This document shows positions 16,017 to 23,934 of a DNA stretch of 32,000 nt, one piece after another. The notes beneath the pieces are model-generated. The model did not search any database, had not been told where the DNA came from, and was given only the letters and a program-made list of their open reading frames with translations. The stretch's first letter is position 1. Every line of letters begins with the position of its first letter. Made by a program: the position numbers and the translations under genes. Origin of the DNA: Thermofilum pendens Hrk 5 (lineage in GTDB: Archaea > Thermoproteota > Thermoprotei > Thermofilales > Thermofilaceae); NCBI RefSeq assembly GCF_000015225.1, contig NC_008698.1:540001-572000 (forward strand). The letters run 5' to 3'.

Positions 16017-18131
16017 ATGATCGACGAACGTATCTTGAGGCTTTTAAGGCCGGAGAGCGTAGCTGTTGTTGGCGCGTCGCGGAATCCCGAGAAGATAGGC
16101 TACCAGGTCGTTAAGAACCTCTTGGAGGCAGGGTTCCCGCGGGAGAGAATTTTCCCCGTAAATCCCAATGCCGACGAGATACTGGGCTTGAAGTGCTATA
16201 AATCCGTCTCGGAGATACCTTACCAGGTCGACTTGGTGGTTGTCGCGGTCCCAGCCCCCGCCGTTCCGGGAGTTCTAGAGGACGCTGGTCGAAAGGGTGT
16301 TAAGGCAGTTGCCGTAATAACGAGCGGCTTCAAGGAAATTGGGAACGTAGACTTGGAGCAACGCATAGCGAGCATAGCGAAGAACTACGGGATGAGACTC
16401 CTAGGCCCGAACATAGTCGGGATATGCGACACCGTGAAGAGAGTAAATGCAAGCTTCTGTCAAGGGCTACCTAAACCGGGGGAGATAGCCTTCATTACGC
16501 AGAGCGGAGCACTGGGAATAGCGCTGGTAGGGTGGACGAAGCTGAAGGGCATAGGGCTCTCCGACCTGGTCAGCATAGGCAACAAAGCCGATGTTGATGA
16601 GACAGACCTTGTAGAGTTTTTCGGGGAAGACCAGTACACCAAGGTTATAACCGCATACCTGGAAGGGGTGAGCGACGGGAGAAGGTTCCTCGAGGCTGCA
16701 CGCCGCGTAGCGAGGCGGAAGCCAATAATCGTACTCAAGGCGGGTAGAGGTGTAAGAACCATAGGCGCCATCAAATCGCACACGGGTTCGCTTGCAGGGA
16801 GCTTCGCAGCTTATGAGGCGGCGTTCAAGCAGTCGGGTATCCTGCTTGCGCGTAGCTTCGTAGAGCTCTTCGACTGGGCGACTGCTTTCGCGAAGACGCA
16901 CATTCCGAGAGGGGAGAACGTCGTTGTGCTTACGAATGGCGGAGGAGCGGGTATAATGGCGACCGACGCGTTGGAAGACTATGGAATCAGGCTGATGGAC
17001 ATACCCCAGGACCTAGCCGAGAAGCTGAGGAAGCACATGCCGCCCTTCGGGAGCGTCTTCAACCCCGTAGACCTCACGGGCATGGCAGACGCGGAACAGT
17101 ACTACGGCGCGCTCAAAGACCTGTTGATGCATGACTCTGTGGACGCCGTGCTGGTACTCTACTGCCACACAGCCATAACGAACCCACAGGAGATAGCGGA
17201 AGCGCTACTAAGGGCTGTCCGGGAGACGGAAAGCAAGAAGACAGTTCTTGCGTCGTTCATAGGCGGCGAAGAGGTAAACGAGGCGTGCGGGAAGCTTACC
17301 GAAAACGGTATTCCGTGCTACGAGTCGCCCGAGAAGGCGGCGTCCAGCCTGGGCGCCATCTACAGGTACAAACACATGCTCGAAAAACTCGACAGGAGGA
17401 CCGAGGTAGCCGTAAGCGTTGACGTCGAAGCTGCGCGCCACGTGGTTAGGAGCGCCTTGAAGGAGGGGAGAACGACGCTAACGCCCTCGGAGGCCGCGGC
17501 GCTGGTCGGGTACTATGGGATCCCGGTCTTAGCGAAGAAGATCGCTAAAAGCCCCGAGGAAGCAGTGAGGATAGCGCGAGAGATCGGGTACCCCGTGGTT
17601 CTCGAGGTGGAGTCCCCCGACATCCTCCATAAAAGCGACATCGGCGGTATACTGGTAGGGCTTCAAAGCGACGCCGAGGTAGCCGAGGGGTACAGCAAGA
17701 TACTCGACAATGTATCCAAGAAAGCTCCCAGCGCCAGGGTTAACGGTATCATCGTTAGGAAGATGGCGGAGAAAGGCAAGGAGATAGCACTGGGCGTGCA
17801 CAGAGACCCCATTTTCGGACCGCTGGTAATGGTAGGCTCCGGAGGAGTCCTCGTGGAGCTCTACAGGGATGTGAGCTTCCGCGTAGCTCCCCTGAGCCTG
17901 GAGGACGCCTACGAAATGCTCGAAGAGACGAAGATCTACAAGGTGCTCAAAGGATACAGAGGAGAACCCCCCTCCGACTACGAAAAGGTTGTCGACGTTC
18001 TGATAAGGCTGTCAAAACTCGCCTGCGACGTAGAGGAGATCGAGGACATAGACATCAACCCGTTCTTCGTATACGAGAGAGGGAAAGGAGGGATTGCGGT
18101 AGACGTCAAAGTAACCCTCGTACAGCGCTAG
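16017..18131 (+). CDS. Acetyl-CoA synthetase (ADP-forming), fused alpha-beta single polypeptide (NDP-forming acyl-CoA synthetase family)
   Basis: The N-terminal CoA-binding domain reads [21 protein letters not shown]. The phosphohistidine loop is [12 protein letters not shown]. The C-terminal ATP-grasp domain includes GYPVVLEV and DINPF. At 704 aa it has the fused architecture. Confidence 0.9.
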   Translation: MIDERILRLLRPESVAVVGASRNPEKIGYQVVKNLLEAGFPRERIFPVNPNADEILGLKCYKSVSEIPYQVDLVVVAVPAPAVPGVLEDAGRKGVKAVAVITSGFKEIGNVDLEQRIASIAKNYGMRLLGPNIVGICDTVKRVNASFCQGLPKPGEIAFITQSGALGIALVGWTKLKGIGLSDLVSIGNKADVDETDLVEFFGEDQYTKVITAYLEGVSDGRRFLEAARRVARRKPIIVLKAGRGVRTIGAIKSHTGSLAGSFAAYEAAFKQSGILLARSFVELFDWATAFAKTHIPRGENVVVLTNGGGAGIMATDALEDYGIRLMDIPQDLAEKLRKHMPPFGSVFNPVDLTGMADAEQYYGALKDLLMHDSVDAVLVLYCHTAITNPQEIAEALLRAVRETESKKTVLASFIGGEEVNEACGKLTENGIPCYESPEKAASSLGAIYRYKHMLEKLDRRTEVAVSVDVEAARHVVRSALKEGRTTLTPSEAAALVGYYGIPVLAKKIAKSPEEAVRIAREIGYPVVLEVESPDILHKSDIGGILVGLQSDAEVAEGYSKILDNVSKKAPSARVNGIIVRKMAEKGKEIALGVHRDPIFGPLVMVGSGGVLVELYRDVSFRVAPLSLEDAYEMLEETKIYKVLKGYRGEPPSDYEKVVDVLIRLSKLACDVEEIEDIDINPFFVYERGKGGIAVDVKVTLVQR

Positions 18132-18140
18132 CACGCGATA

Positions 18141-18152
18141 CGAGAAAAAGGC
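18141..18152 (-). terminator. Oligo-T terminator candidate after the yjbQ-like gene
   Basis: The minus strand reads GCCTTTTTCTCG 13-24 nt after the stop at 18165. Confidence 0.4.
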
Positions 18153-18164
18153 TTAAGCAGTATA

Positions 18165-18596
18165 TCAGTCCGAGCTTTCTCCCATAACCTCCACGACAAC
18201 CTTACGAGAGGATCTCGGGCCGTCCAGCTCTACCAAGAAGATGTTCTGCCATGTCCCGCGGAGAAGCCTGCCATTCACCACTGGAAGCACTAGCGAGGCT
18301 CCGATAAAGCTGGAAGCTATATGAGCGTGGGCGTTATCGTCTATCCGGTTATGTAGGTACGGCTGGTCTACGGGGAAAAGCTCGGAAATCTTGCCCTCTA
18401 TGTCTTTCAGTAATCCCTCTTCGTGCTCGTTAGCTATTATGGCGGCTGTCGCGTGAGGAGCGAAGACGAGGCAAACACCGTTCCGTATCCCGCTTTCCGC
18501 GGCTACCCGCTCGACCTGGGCCGTTATGTCGATCAGTTCTAGCTTCCTGCGAGTGCTGAGGGAGATTTCTCTGACTACTACTTTGAAGTTGCCCAC
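18165..18596 (-). CDS. YjbQ/UPF0047 family protein (secondary thiamine-phosphate synthase-like)
   Basis: The ORF track extends this gene to 18911, but family-like sequence starts at GTG 18596 (MGNFKVVVREISLSTRRKLELIDIT...HATAAIIANEHE...HNRIDDNAHAHI...GTWQNIFLVELDG). The upstream extension is low-complexity and overlaps tiaS. Confidence 0.8.
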   Translation of the reverse strand: MGNFKVVVREISLSTRRKLELIDITAQVERVAAESGIRNGVCLVFAPHATAAIIANEHEEGLLKDIEGKISELFPVDQPYLHNRIDDNAHAHIASSFIGASLVLPVVNGRLLRGTWQNIFLVELDGPRSSRKVVVEVMGESSD

Positions 18597-18720
18597 AGGT
18601 CTACTCCCCGCAGGGTGGAAAAAACGTTTCGTGGAGCAAAGAGAGAAAGGAGAACCACTTTTGCTTAGGCTTTCCTTGCGTGATCTTTTTAAGACCAGAG
18701 TAGCTAGGTATCTCGGTTTT

Positions 18721-20058
18721 ATGGGACTTACGAGCGTCCACGTAGGGCTCGACGACACGGACTCTCCGCTGGGGCTTTGTACAACGTTTGTAGCGCTCGC
18801 CATAGTAAGGGAAGCCTCTAGGATCGGTGCCGGCTTCGCTGACCTGCCGTACCTGGTTAGGCTGAACCCTAACGTACCCTTGAAGACCAGGGGTAACGGT
18901 GCAGTAGCCATTCACTTCCTAGTGGAAGAAGAATTGGTGCCCAGGGTTGAAGAGGCCGTAGTGCGCGCTCTCGACGATCTTTCAGAGAGGCATGGCAAAA
19001 CAGATCCTGCCGCTATCCTGGTGAAGGGGGATGTGCCTCGCGCATTTAGATCAGTGTACCTTAGGGCTTTGACGGAGTTCATCCCATCCAGCTACGTTAG
19101 AAGTGTCCTGGAACGCTTCAAAGGTGAAAGCGTGAAGTTGCTGTACTCTCGTAGCAAGCGACCTAGGGGGCTCGTGGGAGCTGTTGCATCGCTGGGGGCT
19201 TACCCGCTAGAAGATTACACCTACGAGCTAATAGTATACAGGAGCCCGGAGGAGCGTAGCGAGTCGAGAGACATCTCGGAGGATCTACTACTGGAGCTTG
19301 ACAGAAAGTACCGCCCGCTGGTATTCGCGACGTACGACTACTCTTCTCGCAGAGTCCTAGCCGTACCACACGGACCGGACCCCGTAATCTTCGGTCTGAG
19401 AAGCCTCGACCCAGAGATACTCGTAAACGTGGCGGTAGATGTGCTCGAAAAGATATCCCACGCGGGCTATCTCTTGTTTAAAACTAACCAGGGCACCAGC
19501 GCCCATCTGCAGAGGTATAAACCGGTAGCCCTCGTAAGGCCGTATGACTCCGTCGTCGTGAGGGGCTCTGTCGCCGAGAAACCTACCGTGATTAGCGGGG
19601 GGCATGTCATTGTGAATGTTTGCGACGAAACGGGTTGCCTACAGATAGCGTTCTACAAGGAGACCGGGAGGCTGAACAGAGTGGCAAAGCTACTATCCAG
19701 GGGGGACTTGGTAGAGGTGGGTGGAGGCGTCATGAAAAAAGATGGCCTGGTGCTGAACGCCGAGTACCTCAGGTTGATCAAGCCCGCTTTAAACGTAAAG
19801 CGGCTGAACCCCCTCTGCCCCAAGTGTGGCTCGAGAATGACTTCGGCCGGAAAGGGTAAGGGCTACAAGTGCCCTAAGTGCGGCTACAGGGCCAAAGAAG
19901 CCGCAAAGATATACCGAGTCGCTCCGAGGACGCTTGAGCCGGGAACGTACTTCCAATCTCCCTCTGCCTACAGACACTTAACGAAACCTCCCGAGATTCT
20001 GGGACTACGGCCGGTAGATGCAACCAAAGTGTTGCTCAGCGGAATGTGGTTCATGTAG
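18721..20058 (+). CDS. tiaS: tRNA(Ile2) 2-agmatinylcytidine synthetase
   Basis: The ORF track starts at 18526. The family-typical N-terminus begins at ATG 18721 (MGLTSVHVGLDDTDSPLGLCTTF), 28 nt after a CTTTTTAAG box. There is a C-terminal zinc ribbon CPKCGSR...CPKCGYR. Confidence 0.88.
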   Translation: MGLTSVHVGLDDTDSPLGLCTTFVALAIVREASRIGAGFADLPYLVRLNPNVPLKTRGNGAVAIHFLVEEELVPRVEEAVVRALDDLSERHGKTDPAAILVKGDVPRAFRSVYLRALTEFIPSSYVRSVLERFKGESVKLLYSRSKRPRGLVGAVASLGAYPLEDYTYELIVYRSPEERSESRDISEDLLLELDRKYRPLVFATYDYSSRRVLAVPHGPDPVIFGLRSLDPEILVNVAVDVLEKISHAGYLLFKTNQGTSAHLQRYKPVALVRPYDSVVVRGSVAEKPTVISGGHVIVNVCDETGCLQIAFYKETGRLNRVAKLLSRGDLVEVGGGVMKKDGLVLNAEYLRLIKPALNVKRLNPLCPKCGSRMTSAGKGKGYKCPKCGYRAKEAAKIYRVAPRTLEPGTYFQSPSAYRHLTKPPEILGLRPVDATKVLLSGMWFM

Positions 20059-20117
20059 TTTGAATGCGAAGGGCCGTTCCTTGGGCCTAACGAATAAAAG
20101 TGCGCGTGCAGTGGTGC

Positions 20118-20165
20118 TCAGAAGCTGTTCTTCTTCATCGTTTCTGTTGACTCTCTTTTCATCAT
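20118..20165 (-). ncRNA. Candidate C/D box sRNA (2'-O-methylation guide)
   Basis: The minus strand reads AUGAUGA(C)-aaagagagucaa(12 nt)-CAGA(D')-a-ACGAUGA(C')-agaagaacagcuu(13 nt)-CUGA(D), 48 nt in total. A TATA-like AATTTTTA lies 25 nt upstream and a TTTTATT run about 20 nt downstream. The location is intergenic. No terminal stem is evident. Confidence 0.45.
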
Positions 20166-20189
20166 CGAGAAGTCTTTTCGATGTCGAGC

Positions 20190-20197
20190 TAAAAATT
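20190..20197 (-). promoter_or_regulatory. TATA-like box for the C/D sRNA candidate
   Basis: The minus strand reads AATTTTTA, ending 24-25 nt upstream of the C box. Confidence 0.4.
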
Positions 20198-20528
20198 CTT
20201 TCTATTGTGAGGTGATGGTTGCGTGAAGAGAGGACCCTTCCCGATCTATAACAACAGGATCTCGCGCGGTAACCTGCAGTAAAGAAAGAGAGGGGGAGAA
20301 AAAATGGTTATATTAAGCCGAGCCTTTTGAACTCCTCGGCTTCCTCCTCCAGCTCTCTTATCAGCCTTTCGTCCTCCTCGACCCTCGCTGGGACGCTTCC
20401 TACGGAGGCGAGGAACTCTTCGACCGCGTCCAAGGCTTCGGCGAGCCTAGCCTCGTAGAGCTCGTCACCCTTAAGCGTCGCGCGCGAGCTATAGAAAAAG
20501 CTTTTAGCCTGTATGACTTCCTTCTTGC

Positions 20529-21542
20529 GTGTCGGCTCGCGTACTTGAAAGGCTCGGGGAGATAGGTGCTCTAGTAGACCCCGTTATGGAAAAGTACCTG
20601 CTCAGGGGCGCTAGCCCAGAGTTCCAGGACGCTGTTCTTTACCAAGTGAGGATGGGAGGGAAAAGGGTTCGCCCAGCTCTTACAATAGCGAGCACGCTGG
20701 CAGTGGGCGGTAAAGAGGAGAACGCGTTGCCGGCTGCCGCGGCTGTAGAGCTTGCGCATAATTATTCCCTCATACTTGACGATATAATCGACCACAGCGA
20801 GCTCCGCAGGGGTAAGCCTACCGTGTGGAAAAAGTACGGCATAAGCACCGCGATACTCATAGCCGTACATTACAGGGAAAGCATAACAGAGGCTTTGAAC
20901 GATACGCCAGAGCCGCCCGTTTTCCACGCCATCATGGCGGAGACAATAAAGCTCCTAACTGACGGGGAGAGGCTGGACATACTCTTCGAGCAGTCGGGGA
21001 GGAGCGACGAGCCGTACGTCGTGGAGCAACGCTATAGAGCGGTGAGGCTTGATGACTACCTACGCATGATAGAGAGGAAAACGGCGAAGCTCATAGAGAC
21101 ATCCTGCGTGTTCGGAGCCCTCTCGGCGGGGCAAAGAGGAGAGATCCTCGAGGCTCTACGGGAGTACGGGTACAACCTGGGAATGGCTTTCCAAGTGGGA
21201 GACGACATAATAGACATTTTCGGCGAAGAGGAGAAAACCGGGAAAAGGGTTGGAGGAGACATTAAGGAGCATAAGCTGGGAAATGTCGTGGTGCTCCTAG
21301 CGCTCGAGGAGACGAGGGACAAGGAGAGGCTCCTCGCCATACTGAGGAAGGAGGACGTGTCCTGGGAGGAAGTGAAAGAGGCTATAAGTATAATCTCTGA
21401 AACGAATGCGCGCGAAAAGGCCGAGGTTTTGCGAAGGGACTACGTATCCCGCGCCTTGAAGGCTTTAGAGAAGCTTCCGCGAAGCGAGTACAGGGACATG
21501 CTCGAAGAACTGGCAGTGTTCATAGAGAAGAGAGAGTTCTAA
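20529..21542 (+). CDS. idsA: Geranylgeranyl diphosphate synthase (short-chain trans-prenyltransferase)
   Basis: The motifs are GGKRVRP, the first Asp-rich motif LILDDIIDHSELRRG and the second Asp-rich motif QVGDDIIDIFG. A Tyr at the fifth position before the first DDxxD fits a C20 product. The start is a GTG. Confidence 0.9.
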   Translation: MSARVLERLGEIGALVDPVMEKYLLRGASPEFQDAVLYQVRMGGKRVRPALTIASTLAVGGKEENALPAAAAVELAHNYSLILDDIIDHSELRRGKPTVWKKYGISTAILIAVHYRESITEALNDTPEPPVFHAIMAETIKLLTDGERLDILFEQSGRSDEPYVVEQRYRAVRLDDYLRMIERKTAKLIETSCVFGALSAGQRGEILEALREYGYNLGMAFQVGDDIIDIFGEEEKTGKRVGGDIKEHKLGNVVVLLALEETRDKERLLAILRKEDVSWEEVKEAISIISETNAREKAEVLRRDYVSRALKALEKLPRSEYRDMLEELAVFIEKREF

Positions 21543-21565
21543 GGGTAAGCGCCTTGAACCCGGCA

Positions 21566-22333
21566 ATGCTTACGGTGATAAAGCTCGGAGGATCTGTGAT
21601 TACCGATAAATCTAAGCCGTACACAGTCCGAAGCTCCAACTTGAAGACAGCGTCCGCCGCGCTGGCAAAGCTCTACGGAGAAGGCTACGATATCGTGCTC
21701 GTCCACGGAGGCGGCTCCTTCGGACACCCCACCGCGGCTAAGTACAGGCTACACGAGGGAGGCTTATCCCCTGAGAAGGTGCGCGGCTTCTCGGAGACGA
21801 GGTACTGGATGACGAAGCTAAACACCCTGGTCGTGGAGCACCTTTTAAGGCTGAACGTGCCGGCCGTTTCTCTTCAAACATCGGCTATAGCTGTGAATAG
21901 CGGCGGAAAACTTTCAAGGATAAGCCTAGACGTCCTCCGGGAAATGCTCGCGAGAAGACTGGTACCTGTGCTCTACGGAGACGCAGTGATAGACTTGTCG
22001 AGAGGTTTCTCGATACTTTCCGGAGACACCCTAGCGGCTAGAATAGCCGTCGAGCTTGGAGCAAAAAGCCTAGTCTACGTGATGGGAGCGGGGGGCGTCT
22101 ACTCGAAGCCTCCTGGAAGTCCCGATGCGCGCCTCCTGCGGGAGATAGCAGAGAACGACGTACTGACGGTGGGTGGAACTCACGGAGTAGACGTTACCGG
22201 CGGGTTAAGGGAGAAGCTCGCAGAGGCTTTCTACGCGGCGAAAAACGGGGTAAGGGTGTGCATCGGCGGCGTCAACTTCATAGAGAAGATGGTTAAAGGT
22301 GAAGAAGCACCGTACACCGTCGTGAAGGCCTAA
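21566..22333 (+). CDS. ipk: Isopentenyl phosphate kinase (amino-acid kinase fold)
   Basis: The N-terminus MLTVIKLGGSVITDK and the motif VLVHGGGSFGH are present. The ORF track starts at TTG 21554, but ATG 21566 gives the family-typical N-terminus. Confidence 0.88.
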   Translation: MLTVIKLGGSVITDKSKPYTVRSSNLKTASAALAKLYGEGYDIVLVHGGGSFGHPTAAKYRLHEGGLSPEKVRGFSETRYWMTKLNTLVVEHLLRLNVPAVSLQTSAIAVNSGGKLSRISLDVLREMLARRLVPVLYGDAVIDLSRGFSILSGDTLAARIAVELGAKSLVYVMGAGGVYSKPPGSPDARLLREIAENDVLTVGGTHGVDVTGGLREKLAEAFYAAKNGVRVCIGGVNFIEKMVKGEEAPYTVVKA

Positions 22334-22342
22334 AGAACACGC

Positions 22343-22918
22343 CTACTTCAAGTGCTCTATGGCGTACAGGTAGATACCGTCCAGTATGCCTGGACCTGTT
22401 CCTTCTCGGCCGTGGGGGCTGAGCGCACGCTTACCGCGCAGGTGGGTTGCTAGGTGTATGTTGGCGGCTGTCTGGGCTACGGCGTCAAGGTCTATACCCT
22501 CAACTATTACGTCGTCTTTCTCGATCTTCACCTTGGCTCCAGGCATTATCCCGGCTATCCTTTTGCCTCTCTCCCCTAGGAAGTTCTCGATGATGATCTT
22601 ATCCTTTTCAACCTTTAGGCTCATCGGGAAGTGGGCGTAGACTATCTTCAGCTTGTACCTGTAGCCCTTCGTGACGCCAATGATCATGTTGTTTATTATT
22701 GAGGCTATAGTGCCTACGAGCGCATAGTCTTTCTTCGTCGCGTGGAAAGTCTCAACAACTACGGAGTTCCCCTCTACGCGTATCGAGATCCTCCTAGCGT
22801 GAGAAAAGTCCTTCTCCACTTTGCCCAAAGGTCCCTCCACTTCGACCCTTTTCCCGTTTACGTGTACCTTCACGCCCTCCGGTATAGGCACACTCTCCGT
22901 CTTCTGCAACACTCTCAT
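22343..22918 (-). CDS. rpl6: 50S ribosomal protein L6 (uL6)
   Basis: Supporting sequence: VPIPEGVKVHVNGKRVEVEGPLGKVEKDF...VGVTKGYRYKLKIVYAHFPMSLKVE...IIENFLGERGKR...DGIYL. It has its own TTTAAAT box and a GGAGGTG SD upstream. Confidence 0.93.
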   Translation of the reverse strand: MRVLQKTESVPIPEGVKVHVNGKRVEVEGPLGKVEKDFSHARRISIRVEGNSVVVETFHATKKDYALVGTIASIINNMIIGVTKGYRYKLKIVYAHFPMSLKVEKDKIIIENFLGERGKRIAGIMPGAKVKIEKDDVIVEGIDLDAVAQTAANIHLATHLRGKRALSPHGREGTGPGILDGIYLYAIEHLK

Positions 22919-23408
22919 ACTACCACACCTCCAAAGCTCTCCTATAGATCTCCATTTAAACCTTTTCGCCGAGATAGCGGGAGCTAGGCTAGTCCTAGTC
23001 TACGTATCCAGTACCAACGCCAACAATGTCTACGCGAGGATCGCGGTTAACGATGTTCCTCAAGGCTGGGTTGAGACGGCGCGCGCTCAGGGCTGGAGCG
23101 TCCGGGTGGTTCGAATGGGAGGCAGGGAGTACTTCGCTGTGCCTCATAGTTCTCTCTTCGAGCACGCCCGCTACGACGCAACTCTGCGCGCAACACTCCT
23201 GCCTTTGCGAAGGCGAAGGCCGCGCGATATCCCAAGGCTCGTAAACTAGTGGATCACCTTGAAAAGCTGGGGACAGGGCAGGAATAAGGGTAAACCACTA
23301 GGGAAAGGCGCCCGGCCCTCTCCTCCTAGCACTATGTGTCTAGTCTTGTATTGCTCTAGACATCTCAGCTACTAGCCTCTTTACCGGCGTTCGCACGTCC
23401 GGGGAGAA

Positions 23409-23512
23409 TGGTGCGGGGGCCGGGATTCGAACCCGGGCAGGCCAACGCCAGCGGATCTTGAGTCTAGGCCCCTAGGGGTCCGCCCCCTTTAACCTGGCTC
23501 GGGCACCCCCGC
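23409..23512 (-). tRNA. tRNA-Leu (anticodon CAA) with a 16-nt non-canonical intron (23464-23479) and an encoded CCA
   Basis: The minus strand reads GCGGGGGTGCCCGAGCCAGGTTAAAGGGGGCGG[ACCCCTAGGGGCCTAG]ACTCAAGATCCGCTGGCGTTGGCCTGCCCGGGTTCGAATCCCGGCCCCCGCACCA. It has a 7-bp acceptor stem, a GTTCGAATC T-loop and a long variable arm (GGC-GTTG-GCC). After intron removal the anticodon stem-loop is GCGGA/CTCAAGA/TCCGC. Confidence 0.88.
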
Positions 23513-23536
23513 TGATTCAAAAATTGCCAAAGAACC

Positions 23537-23542
23537 TAAAAA
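23537..23542 (-). promoter_or_regulatory. TATA-like box for tRNA-Leu
   Basis: The minus strand reads GGTTTTTAGG, with the T-run ending 25 nt upstream of the tRNA 5' end. Confidence 0.5.
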
Positions 23543-23552
23543 CCTTTTGTCC

Positions 23553-23933
23553 TTATGTAGTAGCTATTACTGAGATTTCAACGAGTGCCCCTCTGGGTAT
23601 GTCGGCCGCTTGCACTGTTACTCGCGCGGGCTTAGTGTTCTTGAAGTACTCCTCGTAGACTTCGTTGAATGCTTTGAAGTCGGAGAGGTTCCTTAGGAAG
23701 ACTAGAGAGTATACTACTTTGTCGAGAGAGCTTCCGGTAGCTTCTAGAATGGCCTTCACGTTTTCGAGCACTCTTCTTGTCTGCTCCCTGATGTCCTTGC
23801 CTACAATCTCCCCCGAAGAGGGGTCTATCGGTATCTGGCCCGAGACGAACACCAAAGAGCCAACCTTAACGGCTTGAGAGTAAGGTCCTATCGGTTTCGG
23901 CGCTTTCTCCGTGAATACTACTTCCAATACCAT
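23553..23933 (-). CDS. ridA: RidA/YjgF/TdcF family reactive-intermediate (enamine/imine) deaminase
   Basis: Supporting sequence: APKPIGPYSQAVKVGSLVFVSGQIPIDPSSGEIV...PARVTVQAADIPRGALVEI. The start lies 1 nt after the stop of the upstream threonine dehydratase gene. Confidence 0.92.
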   Translation of the reverse strand: MVLEVVFTEKAPKPIGPYSQAVKVGSLVFVSGQIPIDPSSGEIVGKDIREQTRRVLENVKAILEATGSSLDKVVYSLVFLRNLSDFKAFNEVYEEYFKNTKPARVTVQAADIPRGALVEISVIATT

Positions 23934-23934
23934 T

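Noticed and set aside
18526-18911. Mutually overlapping N-terminal extensions of the track ORFs 18165-18911 (minus) and 18526-20058 (plus)
   Set aside because: Family-typical N-termini begin at GTG 18596 (YjbQ-like) and ATG 18721 (TiaS), each with a TATA-like box at the right distance. The extensions are low-complexity and would force a 386-nt antisense overlap.
23102-23116. CCGGGTGGTTCGAAT resembling the tRNA-Leu T-arm (possible att-site remnant of an integrated element)
   Set aside because: It lies on the opposite strand to the tRNA, so it is inverted rather than direct. Similarity stops right after GAAT and does not form a T-stem. No integrase or foreign-looking genes lie between the two sites.
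23250-23259. TGGATCACCT, identical to the conserved 3' end of 16S rRNA
   Set aside because: It is only a 10-nt match with no flanking rRNA-like sequence, so it is most likely chance.
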